A DNA stretch of 64,000 nt from Clostridia bacterium (GTDB lineage: Bacteria; Bacillota; Clostridia; Oscillospirales; UBA644), in contig JAFRTE010000007.1 in assembly GCA_017427285.1 (NCBI GenBank), forward strand, positions 134,035 through 198,034, given 5' to 3'. Position numbers and translations under genes: made by a program. The stretch's first letter is position 1; each line of letters begins with the position of its first letter. Below, in pieces: positions 35,638 through 45,674 of the stretch. Below the pieces are notes generated by a model. That model worked only from the letters and a program-made list of their open reading frames with translations. It had not been told where the DNA came from and searched no databases.

Positions 35638-36792
35638 TTAGAATTTTCCTCCGCCTACATGACGGGATCCTCCCCCGCTTCTGCTGCGCGAAGAGCTTGA
35701 GCTTTTTGATCTCACAGTCCTTGATACGGTTGCATACAGGAACATATCGTTTGATTTTACGAGATTGAGACTGCCTTCTCTGAGATAAGAATTTGCCTCG
35801 TTTACGGGATTGACGGTTTTAAGCTTTTTTTTCATCGAGTTTACGGAAATAAGAGAAACAATGAAGCCGACGATCACAGAAAAAACGACAGCCGGCACGA
35901 AATTGAAGGGGAAACCGTTTATAGCGCCGTTTACGTAATATTCGGATCTGGAAATAAAGCTGTTGAACGCAGATTTGTAATATCCCGACGAGAGGTCGGA
36001 AACTATATAATCTCCGATATCTTCAATTTCGCTGTCCCCTATCGTATCGCCTACGATTCCGTCAGAAAGGATACGGTAATCGCGCTCTTTCATTGAAAGC
36101 AGCAGCATAACACCGCCGTTTTCCATATTGCCGCTGCCGTATGAGAAACGGTCGAAAAACTCTTCGATATAGGCGTTTGCCGAATACGAGCCGACTGTAT
36201 CTACAGTAACGATAACAAAATCTGTTTTATACTGTTCGCTGACTTCATTAAGTCTTGAAAGAAGAGCGCTTTCTTCTGACGAGGTAAGAAGGTCCGCTCC
36301 GTCGTAAAGTCTGCCGGGGAAAGAAGACGGGAAGATGTCGGGATCGTCTTTGACCTGAATATCGCCTTTTATTATCGACGCGCAGGTATCAAAAAATCTT
36401 ACGACCGCGCCGTAATAGGAATCGGCGGAGGAGTATTCATCCCAGATCGCGTATTTTTCCGCTTGTCCGATATAATTATCGGCGGTTCCGTTTGTTTTTA
36501 TCCACCACGAATAATCGTCCTCAACAAGGAAAACATAGTTTTCGGAAAAGACTGCGGCTGAAGGGTCGAAATTTTCGAGTTTATCGGCAACGTATGCGTA
36601 ATAAAAGCCGATACCGAGCTCGGATTCATAATCCTTCGCTATCTGATCAAGTCTTTCGATCTCGTCAAAGGCAAATTGGTCGACCTCATCGGTTATATGG
36701 CTGTTTTCAGCCGCGAAAACCGGAGACGAAAAGGAGAAAAGAACGAGCAGAGCAACAATCAGCGAAATAAACTGTTTTTTCATATTCAGCAC
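35638..36792 (-). CDS. Double TPM-domain membrane protein (YdjH/YgcG-like)
   Basis: Signal peptide, two TPM-like modules (ITDEVDQFAFDEIERL... and LYDGADLLTSSEESALLSRLNEVS...), a TM helix and a Ser/Gly-rich tail. Confidence 0.65.
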   Translation of the reverse strand: MLNMKKQFISLIVALLVLFSFSSPVFAAENSHITDEVDQFAFDEIERLDQIAKDYESELGIGFYYAYVADKLENFDPSAAVFSENYVFLVEDDYSWWIKTNGTADNYIGQAEKYAIWDEYSSADSYYGAVVRFFDTCASIIKGDIQVKDDPDIFPSSFPGRLYDGADLLTSSEESALLSRLNEVSEQYKTDFVIVTVDTVGSYSANAYIEEFFDRFSYGSGNMENGGVMLLLSMKERDYRILSDGIVGDTIGDSEIEDIGDYIVSDLSSGYYKSAFNSFISRSEYYVNGAINGFPFNFVPAVVFSVIVGFIVSLISVNSMKKKLKTVNPVNEANSYLREGSLNLVKSNDMFLYATVSRTVRSKSSSSSRSRSGGGSRHVGGGKF

Positions 36793-36795
36793 CTC

Positions 36796-37890
36796 CTATA
36801 AAAGCCAGAGAAGATACTGAACGGCAAAAACGGCGACGCCGACAGCCGCTGCTATTCCGAACAGCCATTTTCTATATGCGCCTTTATCGAGAGGAAGGTC
36901 TCCTACGAACTTGCCTGTCTGTCCGTTCATTGCAAAGCTGTACTGAGTTCCGTTCCAGGTCGTATTAAGAAACCAAACAGGATAAAGAGCGTATTTTGTG
37001 TTTCCCTTCAAGAGATTGATGGAAGTATTCTCGGCCCTTACTGATGAATAGCCCGTAACGGTGGAGGCAAATGCTTCTTCGGCGCTTTTCTGGGTCCTTT
37101 CGTTTGCGCGGGTGATGCAGTTGTCGTAGCCGACATCGTATTTATCGGCAAAATAACCGGAAAGATACGCCGTCTGAAAATCTACCGCATCGCTGAAATC
37201 ATAAGGTTCGATCGACTCCATTAAAGCGTCGGGGATTTTTGAAGACCCGTCAACGGGGACCTTGTTAAATCCGACGCTGCCTTCTCTGTAAGCTGAAAAG
37301 TAGCTTGTTTCGGTATAATTATATGAACTGTCTCTCCAGTAACGAAGCCTTGTGGCTTTATATTGGATATGAGCGTCGAGGTCGGAATCAAAAAGCCAGA
37401 AAGGAACATAAAGTCCTTTTACTTCATCGATATGATTCTGATCTCTGAATGCCTTGGGAAGCAGCTTTTTACCGACATAATGCTTTTTAAGAGCTTCAAT
37501 TGCAGCTTCTTTGCTGATCTTGAACGGTATGACGTAATCGGGCTTTAAATCTCCGCGGAACTGTCCCATCATAACAACGGGATTTCCGCAAAACGGGCAT
37601 GATGCGGCGGCGGTGTTTTCGTCCGCAACTATTTCGCCTCCACACGTATTGCAAAGATATATGCGCAGCCCGTCCTCCTCTCCCGGATACCATTCCGCTC
37701 CGTTAAGGGAATTCCATGAAAGATTGTTCTGTCCCGTTTTTTTCAGCTCTTCGTCGTAGGCCTTAAGAGTTTCAACGTCGAATTCGGTGCCGCAATACGG
37801 ACATTTCATCCGCTGAGATTCGATGTCGAACGATATTGCGCCGTCACAGCAAGGACATTTGTATTCTTGCAATGCTGCCATTGTTTTCAC
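36796..37890 (-). CDS. Zinc-ribbon (TFIIB-type) protein, YdjG-like, with C-terminal TM anchor
   Basis: CPCC...CPYC and CNTC...CPFC pairs. C-terminal TM WLFGIAAAVGVAVFAVQYLLWLL. Confidence 0.65.
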   Translation of the reverse strand: MKTMAALQEYKCPCCDGAISFDIESQRMKCPYCGTEFDVETLKAYDEELKKTGQNNLSWNSLNGAEWYPGEEDGLRIYLCNTCGGEIVADENTAAASCPFCGNPVVMMGQFRGDLKPDYVIPFKISKEAAIEALKKHYVGKKLLPKAFRDQNHIDEVKGLYVPFWLFDSDLDAHIQYKATRLRYWRDSSYNYTETSYFSAYREGSVGFNKVPVDGSSKIPDALMESIEPYDFSDAVDFQTAYLSGYFADKYDVGYDNCITRANERTQKSAEEAFASTVTGYSSVRAENTSINLLKGNTKYALYPVWFLNTTWNGTQYSFAMNGQTGKFVGDLPLDKGAYRKWLFGIAAAVGVAVFAVQYLLWLL

Positions 37891-37970
37891 CTATACAGAA
37901 TAAATTTGTTTTATTGCAAAAATGACCGTTATGGCATGGAAACACGCCACAACGGTCATTTGTAATCATG

Positions 37971-39311
37971 TTACGAAACTATATCACCATCGTCGAACGG
38001 ATCTCCGCACTCGGGGCAGAATTTCGGGGGTTTAGCTCCCTTTTCGGGTTCCCAGCCGCATTTATCGCATCTGTACTGAGGAACGCCTGCGGGTTTCTTT
38101 TCACCGCATTCGGTGCAGAATTTGCCCTTGTTTACGGCATGACAGGAAGGACATGTCCATCCTTCTGCATCCGCGGGCTTCTTCGCTCCGCACTCAGGGC
38201 AGAAATTGCCGTGCGCTTCGGCTCCGCAGGAGCATTTCCATGTATCCGCTGCCGGAGCTGCGGGAGCAGCCTGCTGCTGTGCCTGCTGCTGAGCGACGCC
38301 TGCATTGTAGAAATTCTGAGCTGCGTTGAATCCGCCGCCCATAGCTCCGCCTGCAAGTCCCATGCCCATAAATCCGGTCATAGCGCCGGATTCATTCTGA
38401 GCTGCGCTTTCCATTGCGTTTGCGGTAGCGGTGGTCATACGACCTGCCATTGCAAATGCGTTGGAGCCGTAAGAAACGGCTTCTTCAAGCTCGTTGATCT
38501 TCTTCATGTCTTCCGCAGTAAGCGTAATCGGGTTGAGGGAGATCCTTTCAACGGAAATACCGCGTGATTCTACCCAGTCAACCTTAAGAGCATCGTTCAT
38601 TGCGGATTTAAGCTCGGGAGCTTTTGCGGGAAGTTCGTCGGGACGGATACCGAGCGACGACATAGCGCCGAGAGCGGGCTGAAGAGCATCGATAAAGTCT
38701 ATCTTAAGAGCTTCGTCTATCTGATCTCTCTTGAATTCGTTTTCAACGTTGCCGCAAACTCTTGTATAGAAAAGAAGCGGGTTTGCGATAACGTAGGAAT
38801 ACATACCGTTGCATCTTACCTGAACGGTTCTTGCAAGGTTTGCCTCTTTGTTTACTACTCTGAACATGATCGGGCTGGGTGTGCCGAATTTGTTGCCGAG
38901 AATTTCCTTAGTATTGAAATAGTAAACTCTCTGATCTTTGCCGGGGTCGCCGCCGTAAGTAAATCTTTTGCCGATCGCCTTGAATGTTTCAAGAATGCTG
39001 GTGCCGAGTTTACCTGCGAAAATTGAGGGCTCGGTAGAATTGTTGTATGTGTATTCGCCGGGTTCGGCGCAAACTTCAACAACCTTGCCCTGTTCGACTA
39101 TGATCATACACTGACCGTCGGCAACGGCGATACCGGAACCGTTTGAAATGACGTTGTCATTTCCCTGAGTATTGGATGAACGTCCTGTTATTTTTTTGTA
39201 ACCTCTTCTTACGAGAACGTCTGTCGGAAGTGCGTCACAGTAGAAAAACTCCTTCCACTGGTCTGCAAGCACGCCGCCGACTGCGCCTGTAAGAGCTTTA
39301 ATAAGTCCCAT
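37971..39311 (-). CDS. SPFH/band-7-like (YdjI / virion-core-protein-like) protein with Gly/Ala/Gln-rich linker and three C-terminal zinc ribbons
   Basis: The N-terminal ~300 aa resemble YdjI-type SPFH proteins, judged from memory. C-terminus has CSCG..CPECG, CPSC..CTECG and CDKC..CPECG. Confidence 0.65.
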   Translation of the reverse strand: MGLIKALTGAVGGVLADQWKEFFYCDALPTDVLVRRGYKKITGRSSNTQGNDNVISNGSGIAVADGQCMIIVEQGKVVEVCAEPGEYTYNNSTEPSIFAGKLGTSILETFKAIGKRFTYGGDPGKDQRVYYFNTKEILGNKFGTPSPIMFRVVNKEANLARTVQVRCNGMYSYVIANPLLFYTRVCGNVENEFKRDQIDEALKIDFIDALQPALGAMSSLGIRPDELPAKAPELKSAMNDALKVDWVESRGISVERISLNPITLTAEDMKKINELEEAVSYGSNAFAMAGRMTTATANAMESAAQNESGAMTGFMGMGLAGGAMGGGFNAAQNFYNAGVAQQQAQQQAAPAAPAADTWKCSCGAEAHGNFCPECGAKKPADAEGWTCPSCHAVNKGKFCTECGEKKPAGVPQYRCDKCGWEPEKGAKPPKFCPECGDPFDDGDIVS

Positions 39312-39349
39312 AATAATACCCCTTTCATTAAGGTGAATTTAATTTCTTT

Positions 39350-39640
39350 TTACTGTCCGAAAACTTTGCTGTTGGTGGCGGAATACGGGTTTTTGTTTTC
39401 CTTTGGCGCATCGGGAACGGAGCATCTTGACGCCCAGCCGATCAGGATCATACCGATAAGAATACGTATAAACCATACTGCAACGGCGCCGATAAACCAC
39501 CAGACGGAAATGCCGAAAATGAAATGTAAGGCAAGAAGAATCCAGGCGGGAGCACTCCACCAGAAAGTCAGAAAGACGTTAATTATAAAACAGAGGATAA
39601 AGCTTCCGCCCGCGCTGACCTTTCTCATTGTTAAGCCCAT
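39350..39640 (-). CDS. Small Trp-rich integral membrane protein
   Basis: 96 aa, 3 predicted TM helices. An alternative start at 39628 is possible. Confidence 0.55.
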   Translation of the reverse strand: MGLTMRKVSAGGSFILCFIINVFLTFWWSAPAWILLALHFIFGISVWWFIGAVAVWFIRILIGMILIGWASRCSVPDAPKENKNPYSATNSKVFGQ

Positions 39641-40197
39641 GGATCTTCGGATTTTGCCTTGCGGACTCCGACAAGAAGGAACTGTTCGTTAAGGAACCAC
39701 TTACCGTCGCTGCCTCTCTGACGGAGAATCACATAACGGGCATTATCCGCTCCGCCGGAGTTGATGAAGAGCTTCATATAACCCTTGTTGTCCGCAGAAT
39801 AGGGATTCGTATAGAAGGTAAGGGTAAACGGTTCTGACGGAGTATAGTCATTTTCGGGTTTTGCGTCTTTGAAATAAGAGAAAATGGCATGGTATCCGTC
39901 GCGGAAACGGTCGTCTAGGAACTGGATGGCGTAGGTCGAAAGAGGTTCGGGGCCGCGAAGCCAGTTAAGCATATCGATACCTATCTGCTTGTCTGCCGCG
40001 TATGCGCAAAGAGCACAAACGGTAAGAGCTGCGGTTTTGAACGGAGTGTCGAGAGACGCCTCGGGAAGAGCCTGCATTTCGGCAAGACTTTCCGGAAGAG
40101 CGGCGAAAGTAAACGTTTCGCTTTTGTTTCCGACAGCGTCTGCTGCAGATTTAACTGCATCTTCCGCTGTTTTTTTGAGTTTGTCAAAAATGGACAT
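39631..40197 (-). CDS. Hypothetical protein, first gene of the SPFH/zinc-ribbon/TPM operon
   Basis: 188-aa ORF with a GGAGG-type SD (AGGAGGAAAC). No family recognised. Confidence 0.6.
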   Translation of the reverse strand: MSIFDKLKKTAEDAVKSAADAVGNKSETFTFAALPESLAEMQALPEASLDTPFKTAALTVCALCAYAADKQIGIDMLNWLRGPEPLSTYAIQFLDDRFRDGYHAIFSYFKDAKPENDYTPSEPFTLTFYTNPYSADNKGYMKLFINSGGADNARYVILRQRGSDGKWFLNEQFLLVGVRKAKSEDPWA

Positions 40198-40347
40198 GGT
40201 GTTTCCTCCTGATTGAATTTATCGTTATGAGCCGATCACTTTTGATTATTATAACATATTTTAACGGATTTTTCAATATATAAACAGTAATATTCGTATT
40301 TTTTTTTGCGAAAAACCCGATAAAAAAATATTTCTTGATGCAGTGGT

Positions 40348-41313
40348 TTAAGCCCACCACATTCCGCCCTTGTCTTCAAAGGTCATCGATTCTTTAAGAA
40401 CGTCTATTGCTTTGCCGAGACCTTCGGCTGCGGACATGAGACTGTCTTCATGTTCGATAGACATTACGAAATCGTAATCTATCGTTCTGAGGGCACTGAC
40501 GATATCCTTCCAATAAGACGTCGGGTTGCCGTAACCGACAGAGCGGAATACCCACGGACGCGTTGCGACGTTGCCGTAGTGAGAAGTTGAAAGCACGCCG
40601 TTTTTGGCTGTATTGTATTTATCTATTCTCGTATCTTTCGCATGGAAATGGAACATGCAGTCTTTAAGCTCCGTAATTGCGGCAACCGGATCGATACCCT
40701 GCCATACGAGATGAGAAGGATCGAAGTTTGCTCCGATCTCGGGGCCGACGGCCGCTCTGAGGCGAAGAAGGGTTTCGGGATTGTATACGCAGAAACCGGG
40801 GTGCATTTCAAGACAGATCATTTCAACGCCGTACTGTTTTGCGAAAGCGACCGCTTTTTTCCAATAAGGGATGAGGACTTCGTTCCACTGATAATCGACT
40901 ATTTTAAGGAAATCGTCAGGCCAGGGGCATGTTACCCAGTTTGGAGTTTTGTCTTCCGCTGAGCCGCCCGGACATCCGGAAAACGTTACGATCCTAGTAA
41001 CGCCCATTTTCTGAGCGAGACGGCATGCGTTTTCAAAATCCTCTTCGAAAGCTGCGGCAACGGCTTTGTCGGGATGAACGGGGTTGCCGTGGCAGGAAAG
41101 AGCGGAAACGGTGAAACCGTATTTTTTGATTTCAGCCATGAAAGCGTCGAATTTTGCGCTGTCGGCAAGAAGTTCCTTCGGTTTGCAGTGTGCGTTTCCG
41201 GGGAAACCGCCGCAGCCGAGCTCTATCGCCTGAACGCCTTTGGACGCGAGATATTTGAATGCTTCGGGATATTCCATATCGCCGAGAAGAACTGTAAAAA
41301 CACCGAGTTTCAT
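40348..41313 (-). CDS. Sugar phosphate isomerase/epimerase (xylose isomerase-like TIM barrel)
   Basis: 321 aa with a typical AP-endonuclease-2/TIM pattern (LEMHPG, SIEHED). Confidence 0.75.
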   Translation of the reverse strand: MKLGVFTVLLGDMEYPEAFKYLASKGVQAIELGCGGFPGNAHCKPKELLADSAKFDAFMAEIKKYGFTVSALSCHGNPVHPDKAVAAAFEEDFENACRLAQKMGVTRIVTFSGCPGGSAEDKTPNWVTCPWPDDFLKIVDYQWNEVLIPYWKKAVAFAKQYGVEMICLEMHPGFCVYNPETLLRLRAAVGPEIGANFDPSHLVWQGIDPVAAITELKDCMFHFHAKDTRIDKYNTAKNGVLSTSHYGNVATRPWVFRSVGYGNPTSYWKDIVSALRTIDYDFVMSIEHEDSLMSAAEGLGKAIDVLKESMTFEDKGGMWWA

Positions 41314-41351
41314 AGTTTGATTCCTTTCAGATTTTATGTTGTTTATTAATT

Positions 41352-42809
41352 TCAGTCCTGATATGCGTTGTATTCGCCGTAAATGTTAAGGATCGAGTCA
41401 ACAATGGGAATACAATATTCAACGATAAGCTCGTTGACGGCGGACTCGTTTGCGGATACAAATTCCACGGAAGAATGCTGACCGAGGAAGTTATTGAGAA
41501 GACCCGCATTTGTCCAGTGGAAATAATTGTAAACGCAGTTGTCGTACATTTTGAAAAAGACATCCGCATCTCTTTCGTCAAAGAAATAGTTATAAGACAT
41601 ATATTCCTGAACGATCTCACGGGTTTCGAACCCTTCGAGAGGATCGTATAACTCGTTGATGACGGTTGCGGTATTTCTCGCATTGGTGGTAGTGAGAGGC
41701 ATTGCGAACGCGGAGTAAATATTCTCTATTACACCGTATGCGTAATCGTCCGGCACATCCGGTCCGTGAGGGAAAGGAAGAATACCGAAATTGTAAACTT
41801 TCTGAGCGACAATCGCATCTCTGCCGTATATATAACCGGTGTAAACCGCAGCCATGGACGCCTCTTCGCGGCAGAAGCCCTGGGCGATTTCGTCGTGGTT
41901 ATAGCGGAGAGCGTTTTTATGAAGGCATGTGTCTTTGTATGTCTGATAGAAATTGATGCATGCATCGATCGCGCTCGTACCGGCACGCTCGTACATTGAA
42001 AAATACGGATTGCCGTCTGCATCAAGCGATATCGGCGCCGCGCCGTTTGAGAAAAGGAACATTTCGGTAAGAACGGCGGAAGAAGCCATAAAACCGAAAT
42101 GCTTTACTACTCCGCCCTCTTCAAAATGCGCGGATTCGACCGTTTCGCTGAATTTGCTCCAGTTCCATGTTCCGGTTTCGACATATTCGCGAGGATCGGT
42201 AAGACCGTTTGCGGCAAAAATCGTTCCGTTGAAGACGACGGGGTATCCGAAATTTATCTGTGTAAGCTCCGGCCACGCGGCGGGAACGAGACCGTAAAGA
42301 TCGTTGTTGTAAAACATCGTTTCAAGAAACGGAAGTTCGCCCCATTTCGAAGAATCGGTGATATCGATGATATCGGAAACTTCGCTCATGCCTACGTAAA
42401 GTCCGACGCGGCAGTTGTCCCCTATCATATCGGAGATACCCGAAACGATATCCGCGACATAAACGCCTGAAAACACCGGGGCTTTGACGTATTCGTGGAG
42501 CCCAGAACGGGATTCGATGATAAGCGTGCAGTTATGGTTCTCTTCGATCTCTTTAACGCGTTTTATTGCGGCGTCTGCAAGAACGGTATTGTAGGTATAG
42601 CCGAGGAAAGAATCGTTTGACGCCGATACCGCCCAGTTCATGACGGGGTCGAACATATACTTCAGTTTCTGTCCCTCGAAATCAGCTTCGTTGGTTTCCA
42701 TTACGGTCAGATCGAGGTCGAATACCTCTTCACCCGCGGAAGAGCACGAAACGGATGAAAAAACGATCACGGCGCAGAATAAAACAGCGATTACCCTTTT
42801 TATTTTCAC
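41352..42809 (-). CDS. Lipoprotein, possibly solute-binding-protein-like
   Basis: Signal peptide with lipobox VFSSVSCSS. 485 aa. Confidence 0.5.
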   Translation of the reverse strand: MKIKRVIAVLFCAVIVFSSVSCSSAGEEVFDLDLTVMETNEADFEGQKLKYMFDPVMNWAVSASNDSFLGYTYNTVLADAAIKRVKEIEENHNCTLIIESRSGLHEYVKAPVFSGVYVADIVSGISDMIGDNCRVGLYVGMSEVSDIIDITDSSKWGELPFLETMFYNNDLYGLVPAAWPELTQINFGYPVVFNGTIFAANGLTDPREYVETGTWNWSKFSETVESAHFEEGGVVKHFGFMASSAVLTEMFLFSNGAAPISLDADGNPYFSMYERAGTSAIDACINFYQTYKDTCLHKNALRYNHDEIAQGFCREEASMAAVYTGYIYGRDAIVAQKVYNFGILPFPHGPDVPDDYAYGVIENIYSAFAMPLTTTNARNTATVINELYDPLEGFETREIVQEYMSYNYFFDERDADVFFKMYDNCVYNYFHWTNAGLLNNFLGQHSSVEFVSANESAVNELIVEYCIPIVDSILNIYGEYNAYQD

Positions 42810-42844
42810 TTACGGAAAACCTCTCTTTATATTTTTCTTGAGAT

Positions 42845-43576
42845 TTATTTCTTTTCTATTGTTGCGGGAACCCACGGAGCATCGAGGAAAACTCTTTCTT
42901 TGCCGGGATTTGCCCACTTGATCGCATTTTTGACGACGGTAAGATAGTTTTCGTTGTAGAAGGTCGGATTGGATTCATGTCCGGGCTGGAAATAGAATAT
43001 TTTGCCGAGGCCTCTCGTAAACGTTACGCCGGAACGGAAAACTTCGCCGCCGGAAAACCATCCGATAAAGATATTGTCGTCCGGTCTGGGAATATCGAAA
43101 AATTCGCCGTATGTTTCCTCCTGAGGAAGAATGAATTTATCGCCTATGCCTTCCGTTATGGGATGAGACGGATTTACATTCCAGAGAACTTCGGTATCGC
43201 CCGATTCGCGCCAGATAAGTCTGCCCGTAGTGCCGAGAAGACGTGTAAAAGGTTTGGAATAATGGGCAGAATGAAGAGCGATGAAGCCCATGCCCGCCTG
43301 TACGTGGCGGATAACGCGCGCTACGACCTCGTCGCTTACAAGATGATGTCCGCAATGCGCCCACCAAATGAGAACATCGGTGTTTGCAAGCACTTCTTCG
43401 GTAAGACCGTGTTCGGGCATATCCTGAGTAGCCTCTGTTACTGCAAAAAGATCGTTTCCTGCGGTTATGCCTTTTTTGAGCGCGGCATTCATACCGTCGG
43501 GATATACCGCTTTTACATTAGCGTCTGTAGCATCCTGCATATGTTCGTTCCAGACAACAACGCGAATTTTTTTCAT
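42845..43576 (-). CDS. ThuA-domain (trehalose utilisation-like) protein
   Basis: IRVVVWNEH, DVLIWWAH and GFIALHSAHYSKPF motifs. Confidence 0.7.
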   Translation of the reverse strand: MKKIRVVVWNEHMQDATDANVKAVYPDGMNAALKKGITAGNDLFAVTEATQDMPEHGLTEEVLANTDVLIWWAHCGHHLVSDEVVARVIRHVQAGMGFIALHSAHYSKPFTRLLGTTGRLIWRESGDTEVLWNVNPSHPITEGIGDKFILPQEETYGEFFDIPRPDDNIFIGWFSGGEVFRSGVTFTRGLGKIFYFQPGHESNPTFYNENYLTVVKNAIKWANPGKERVFLDAPWVPATIEKK

Positions 43577-43604
43577 AATGAATACCTCATAATTTATAAA
43601 AGAT

Positions 43605-44771
43605 TTATTTTATTTCACAAACGTTTATCCAGCAGCGGTTTTCTATGGATGCGTCAACGGCATCGAGAACCTGGCAGCACTTGTAACCGTCATAGAAATC
43701 GGGACATGTATCGGTATTGTTTGCGATTGCTTCGTAGAATTCATAGAATTCATGCGCAAAAGTATTCTCGTAGCCGAGAACGTGACCTGCGGGCCACCAG
43801 TGAGAAGCATAGTTGTGGCAGCCTTCGGAAGCCTGGATAAGACGGAAGCCCTGAAGGTCCTCCTCATCCTCACGGCTCATATACCAAAGCTCGTTCATTC
43901 TCTCAAACGAGAATTTCAAAGAGCCCTTGTCGCCGTTTATCTCAAAGGACATATCGTTTTTATGGCCTGCGGCAAAGCGTGTTGCTTCGAAAACTCCGAG
44001 AGCGCCGTTTTCAAACTCAGCCATGAATATTGTTGCGTCGTCAACGGTAACTTTTCCGAGAGGAGCGTCTGCACCCGCTTTACCGGAAAGTCCTGTCATC
44101 CTTTCAACGAGAGGTCTTTCGGTAACAAATGTTTTCGACATGCCCATTACCTTTGAAAAATCGCCGACGAGATATCTTGCGGCATCGATTACGTGAGCTC
44201 CGAGGTCACCGTGAGAGCCGGAGCCGCAAACCGATTTATCGAGACGCCATACGAGCGGGAAGTCGGGGTCTATGATCCAGTCCTGAAGGAATGAACCGCG
44301 GAAATGGAATATTTTACCGATCTTGCCCGAGTCGATCAGTTTTTTTGCAAGAACGACGGCGGGCGCAAAACGGTAGTTGAAACCGACCTGATGCTTGATC
44401 CCCGCTTTCTTTGCTGCGTCAAGCATTTCCTTTGCGTCGGAAGTATTTAAAGCAAGGGGTTTTTCGGAAAAAATATGTTTTCCCGAAGCTGCGGCGGCAA
44501 GAGCTATTTCCTTATGTACGTTTGACGGCGCGGTAATATCGATCACGTTGATATCGTCACGGGCGACAAGCTTTTCCCACGAAGTTTCGCATGATTCCCA
44601 TCCGAATTTTTCGCGGCTCTGCTCGACCCATTCGGCATCTCTGCCGCAAATTGCTTTTTTAACGACCTTTGCAGAAGTGTCAAAAAACATCGGCAGTTGA
44701 GTAAGACCGTTTGAATGCGCCTTGCCCATGAATTTATAGCCGACAAGACCGACATTGATGGTTTTTTTCAT
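43605..44771 (-). CDS. Gfo/Idh/MocA-family oxidoreductase
   Basis: N-terminal INVGLVGYKFMGKAH Rossmann motif and EKPLA motif. Confidence 0.85.
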   Translation of the reverse strand: MKKTINVGLVGYKFMGKAHSNGLTQLPMFFDTSAKVVKKAICGRDAEWVEQSREKFGWESCETSWEKLVARDDINVIDITAPSNVHKEIALAAAASGKHIFSEKPLALNTSDAKEMLDAAKKAGIKHQVGFNYRFAPAVVLAKKLIDSGKIGKIFHFRGSFLQDWIIDPDFPLVWRLDKSVCGSGSHGDLGAHVIDAARYLVGDFSKVMGMSKTFVTERPLVERMTGLSGKAGADAPLGKVTVDDATIFMAEFENGALGVFEATRFAAGHKNDMSFEINGDKGSLKFSFERMNELWYMSREDEEDLQGFRLIQASEGCHNYASHWWPAGHVLGYENTFAHEFYEFYEAIANNTDTCPDFYDGYKCCQVLDAVDASIENRCWINVCEIK

Positions 44772-44815
44772 TACAGTTTACCTCCGTTTGATAATTTTTT
44801 TGTAAATTTTTAAAA

Positions 44816-45541
44816 TCAGCCGTTGTATTCTTCGATAGTAATACTGATTATCATAACGTCTTCAAATGGTTTGCTTGCTTCATCCACGTCAACCGCGGCG
44901 ATAGCGTCCACAACATCCATACCTTCGATAACCTGTCCGAAAACGGTGTGATGACCGTCGAGCCACGGAGCGCCTCCACCCATTTTTTTGTAAAGCTCGA
45001 CGACGTCTTTGTCTATACCGTATCTGTCTTCGATAAGATCCCAGGTAGCATCGGGATACCCGTTATTCTGATTGATGAAAAACTGGCTTCCGTTTGTGTT
45101 TGCGCCGGCATTTGCCATTGAAAGCGCACCTCTGAAATTGAAGAGATATTTTGAAAATTCGTCTTCAAACTCTTTTCCCCAGCAGCTTTCGCCTCCGCGT
45201 CCGGTTGCCGTGGGGTCTCCGCCCTGGATCATAAATCCGTCCATAACGCGGTGAAAAGTAATGCCGTTATAATAACCGTTTTCAGACAGAGTAATGAAGT
45301 TTTCAACGGCTTTCGGCGCGATTTTCGGGAAAAATCTGATTTTTACCGTCCCCATGCTTGTTTCCATAACGGCGATCTTATCGCCCTTTTCGGGCGCGGT
45401 ATTCTGCAAAAGGTTTTCAAATTCCAAAGAATAAACCTCCTCTTCTTCTTTTTCGATGTCAGACCGTGAGCATGAGCAGAGCGAGCAAAGCGCTGCCGCA
45501 ACTGCAACAAAGATCAGCAAACGAAAAAATAATTTTTTCAT
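44816..45541 (-). CDS. Secreted cyclophilin-type peptidyl-prolyl isomerase (lipoprotein)
   Basis: FHRVMDGFMIQGGDP and HTVFGQV motifs. Lipobox LCSLCSCS after the start at 45541; the ORF-track start is 45604. Confidence 0.9.
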   Translation of the reverse strand: MKKLFFRLLIFVAVAAALCSLCSCSRSDIEKEEEEVYSLEFENLLQNTAPEKGDKIAVMETSMGTVKIRFFPKIAPKAVENFITLSENGYYNGITFHRVMDGFMIQGGDPTATGRGGESCWGKEFEDEFSKYLFNFRGALSMANAGANTNGSQFFINQNNGYPDATWDLIEDRYGIDKDVVELYKKMGGGAPWLDGHHTVFGQVIEGMDVVDAIAAVDVDEASKPFEDVMIISITIEEYNG

Positions 45542-45674
45542 AACCTTACTTCCTGTGATAATAAACCTGTAGTTATATTTATTATATACTGTTTTCCGTC
45601 GCATGTCAAGTTATTTTAATAAAAAATAAATATATTTTCGGATAAAAAAATGCGCCTGATAAAGCGCAGTATAT

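Noticed and set aside
37968-38567. 199-aa plus-strand ORF rich in Cys, Ser, Ala and Leu.
   Set aside because: It is an antisense shadow of the SPFH/zinc-ribbon gene (37971-39311), whose motifs are convincing. It has no SD and its composition is low-complexity.
42977-43840. 287-aa plus-strand ORF.
   Set aside because: It is a shadow ORF spanning the ThuA and Gfo/Idh/MocA genes on the opposite strand. It crosses their intergenic gap and has no recognisable motifs.
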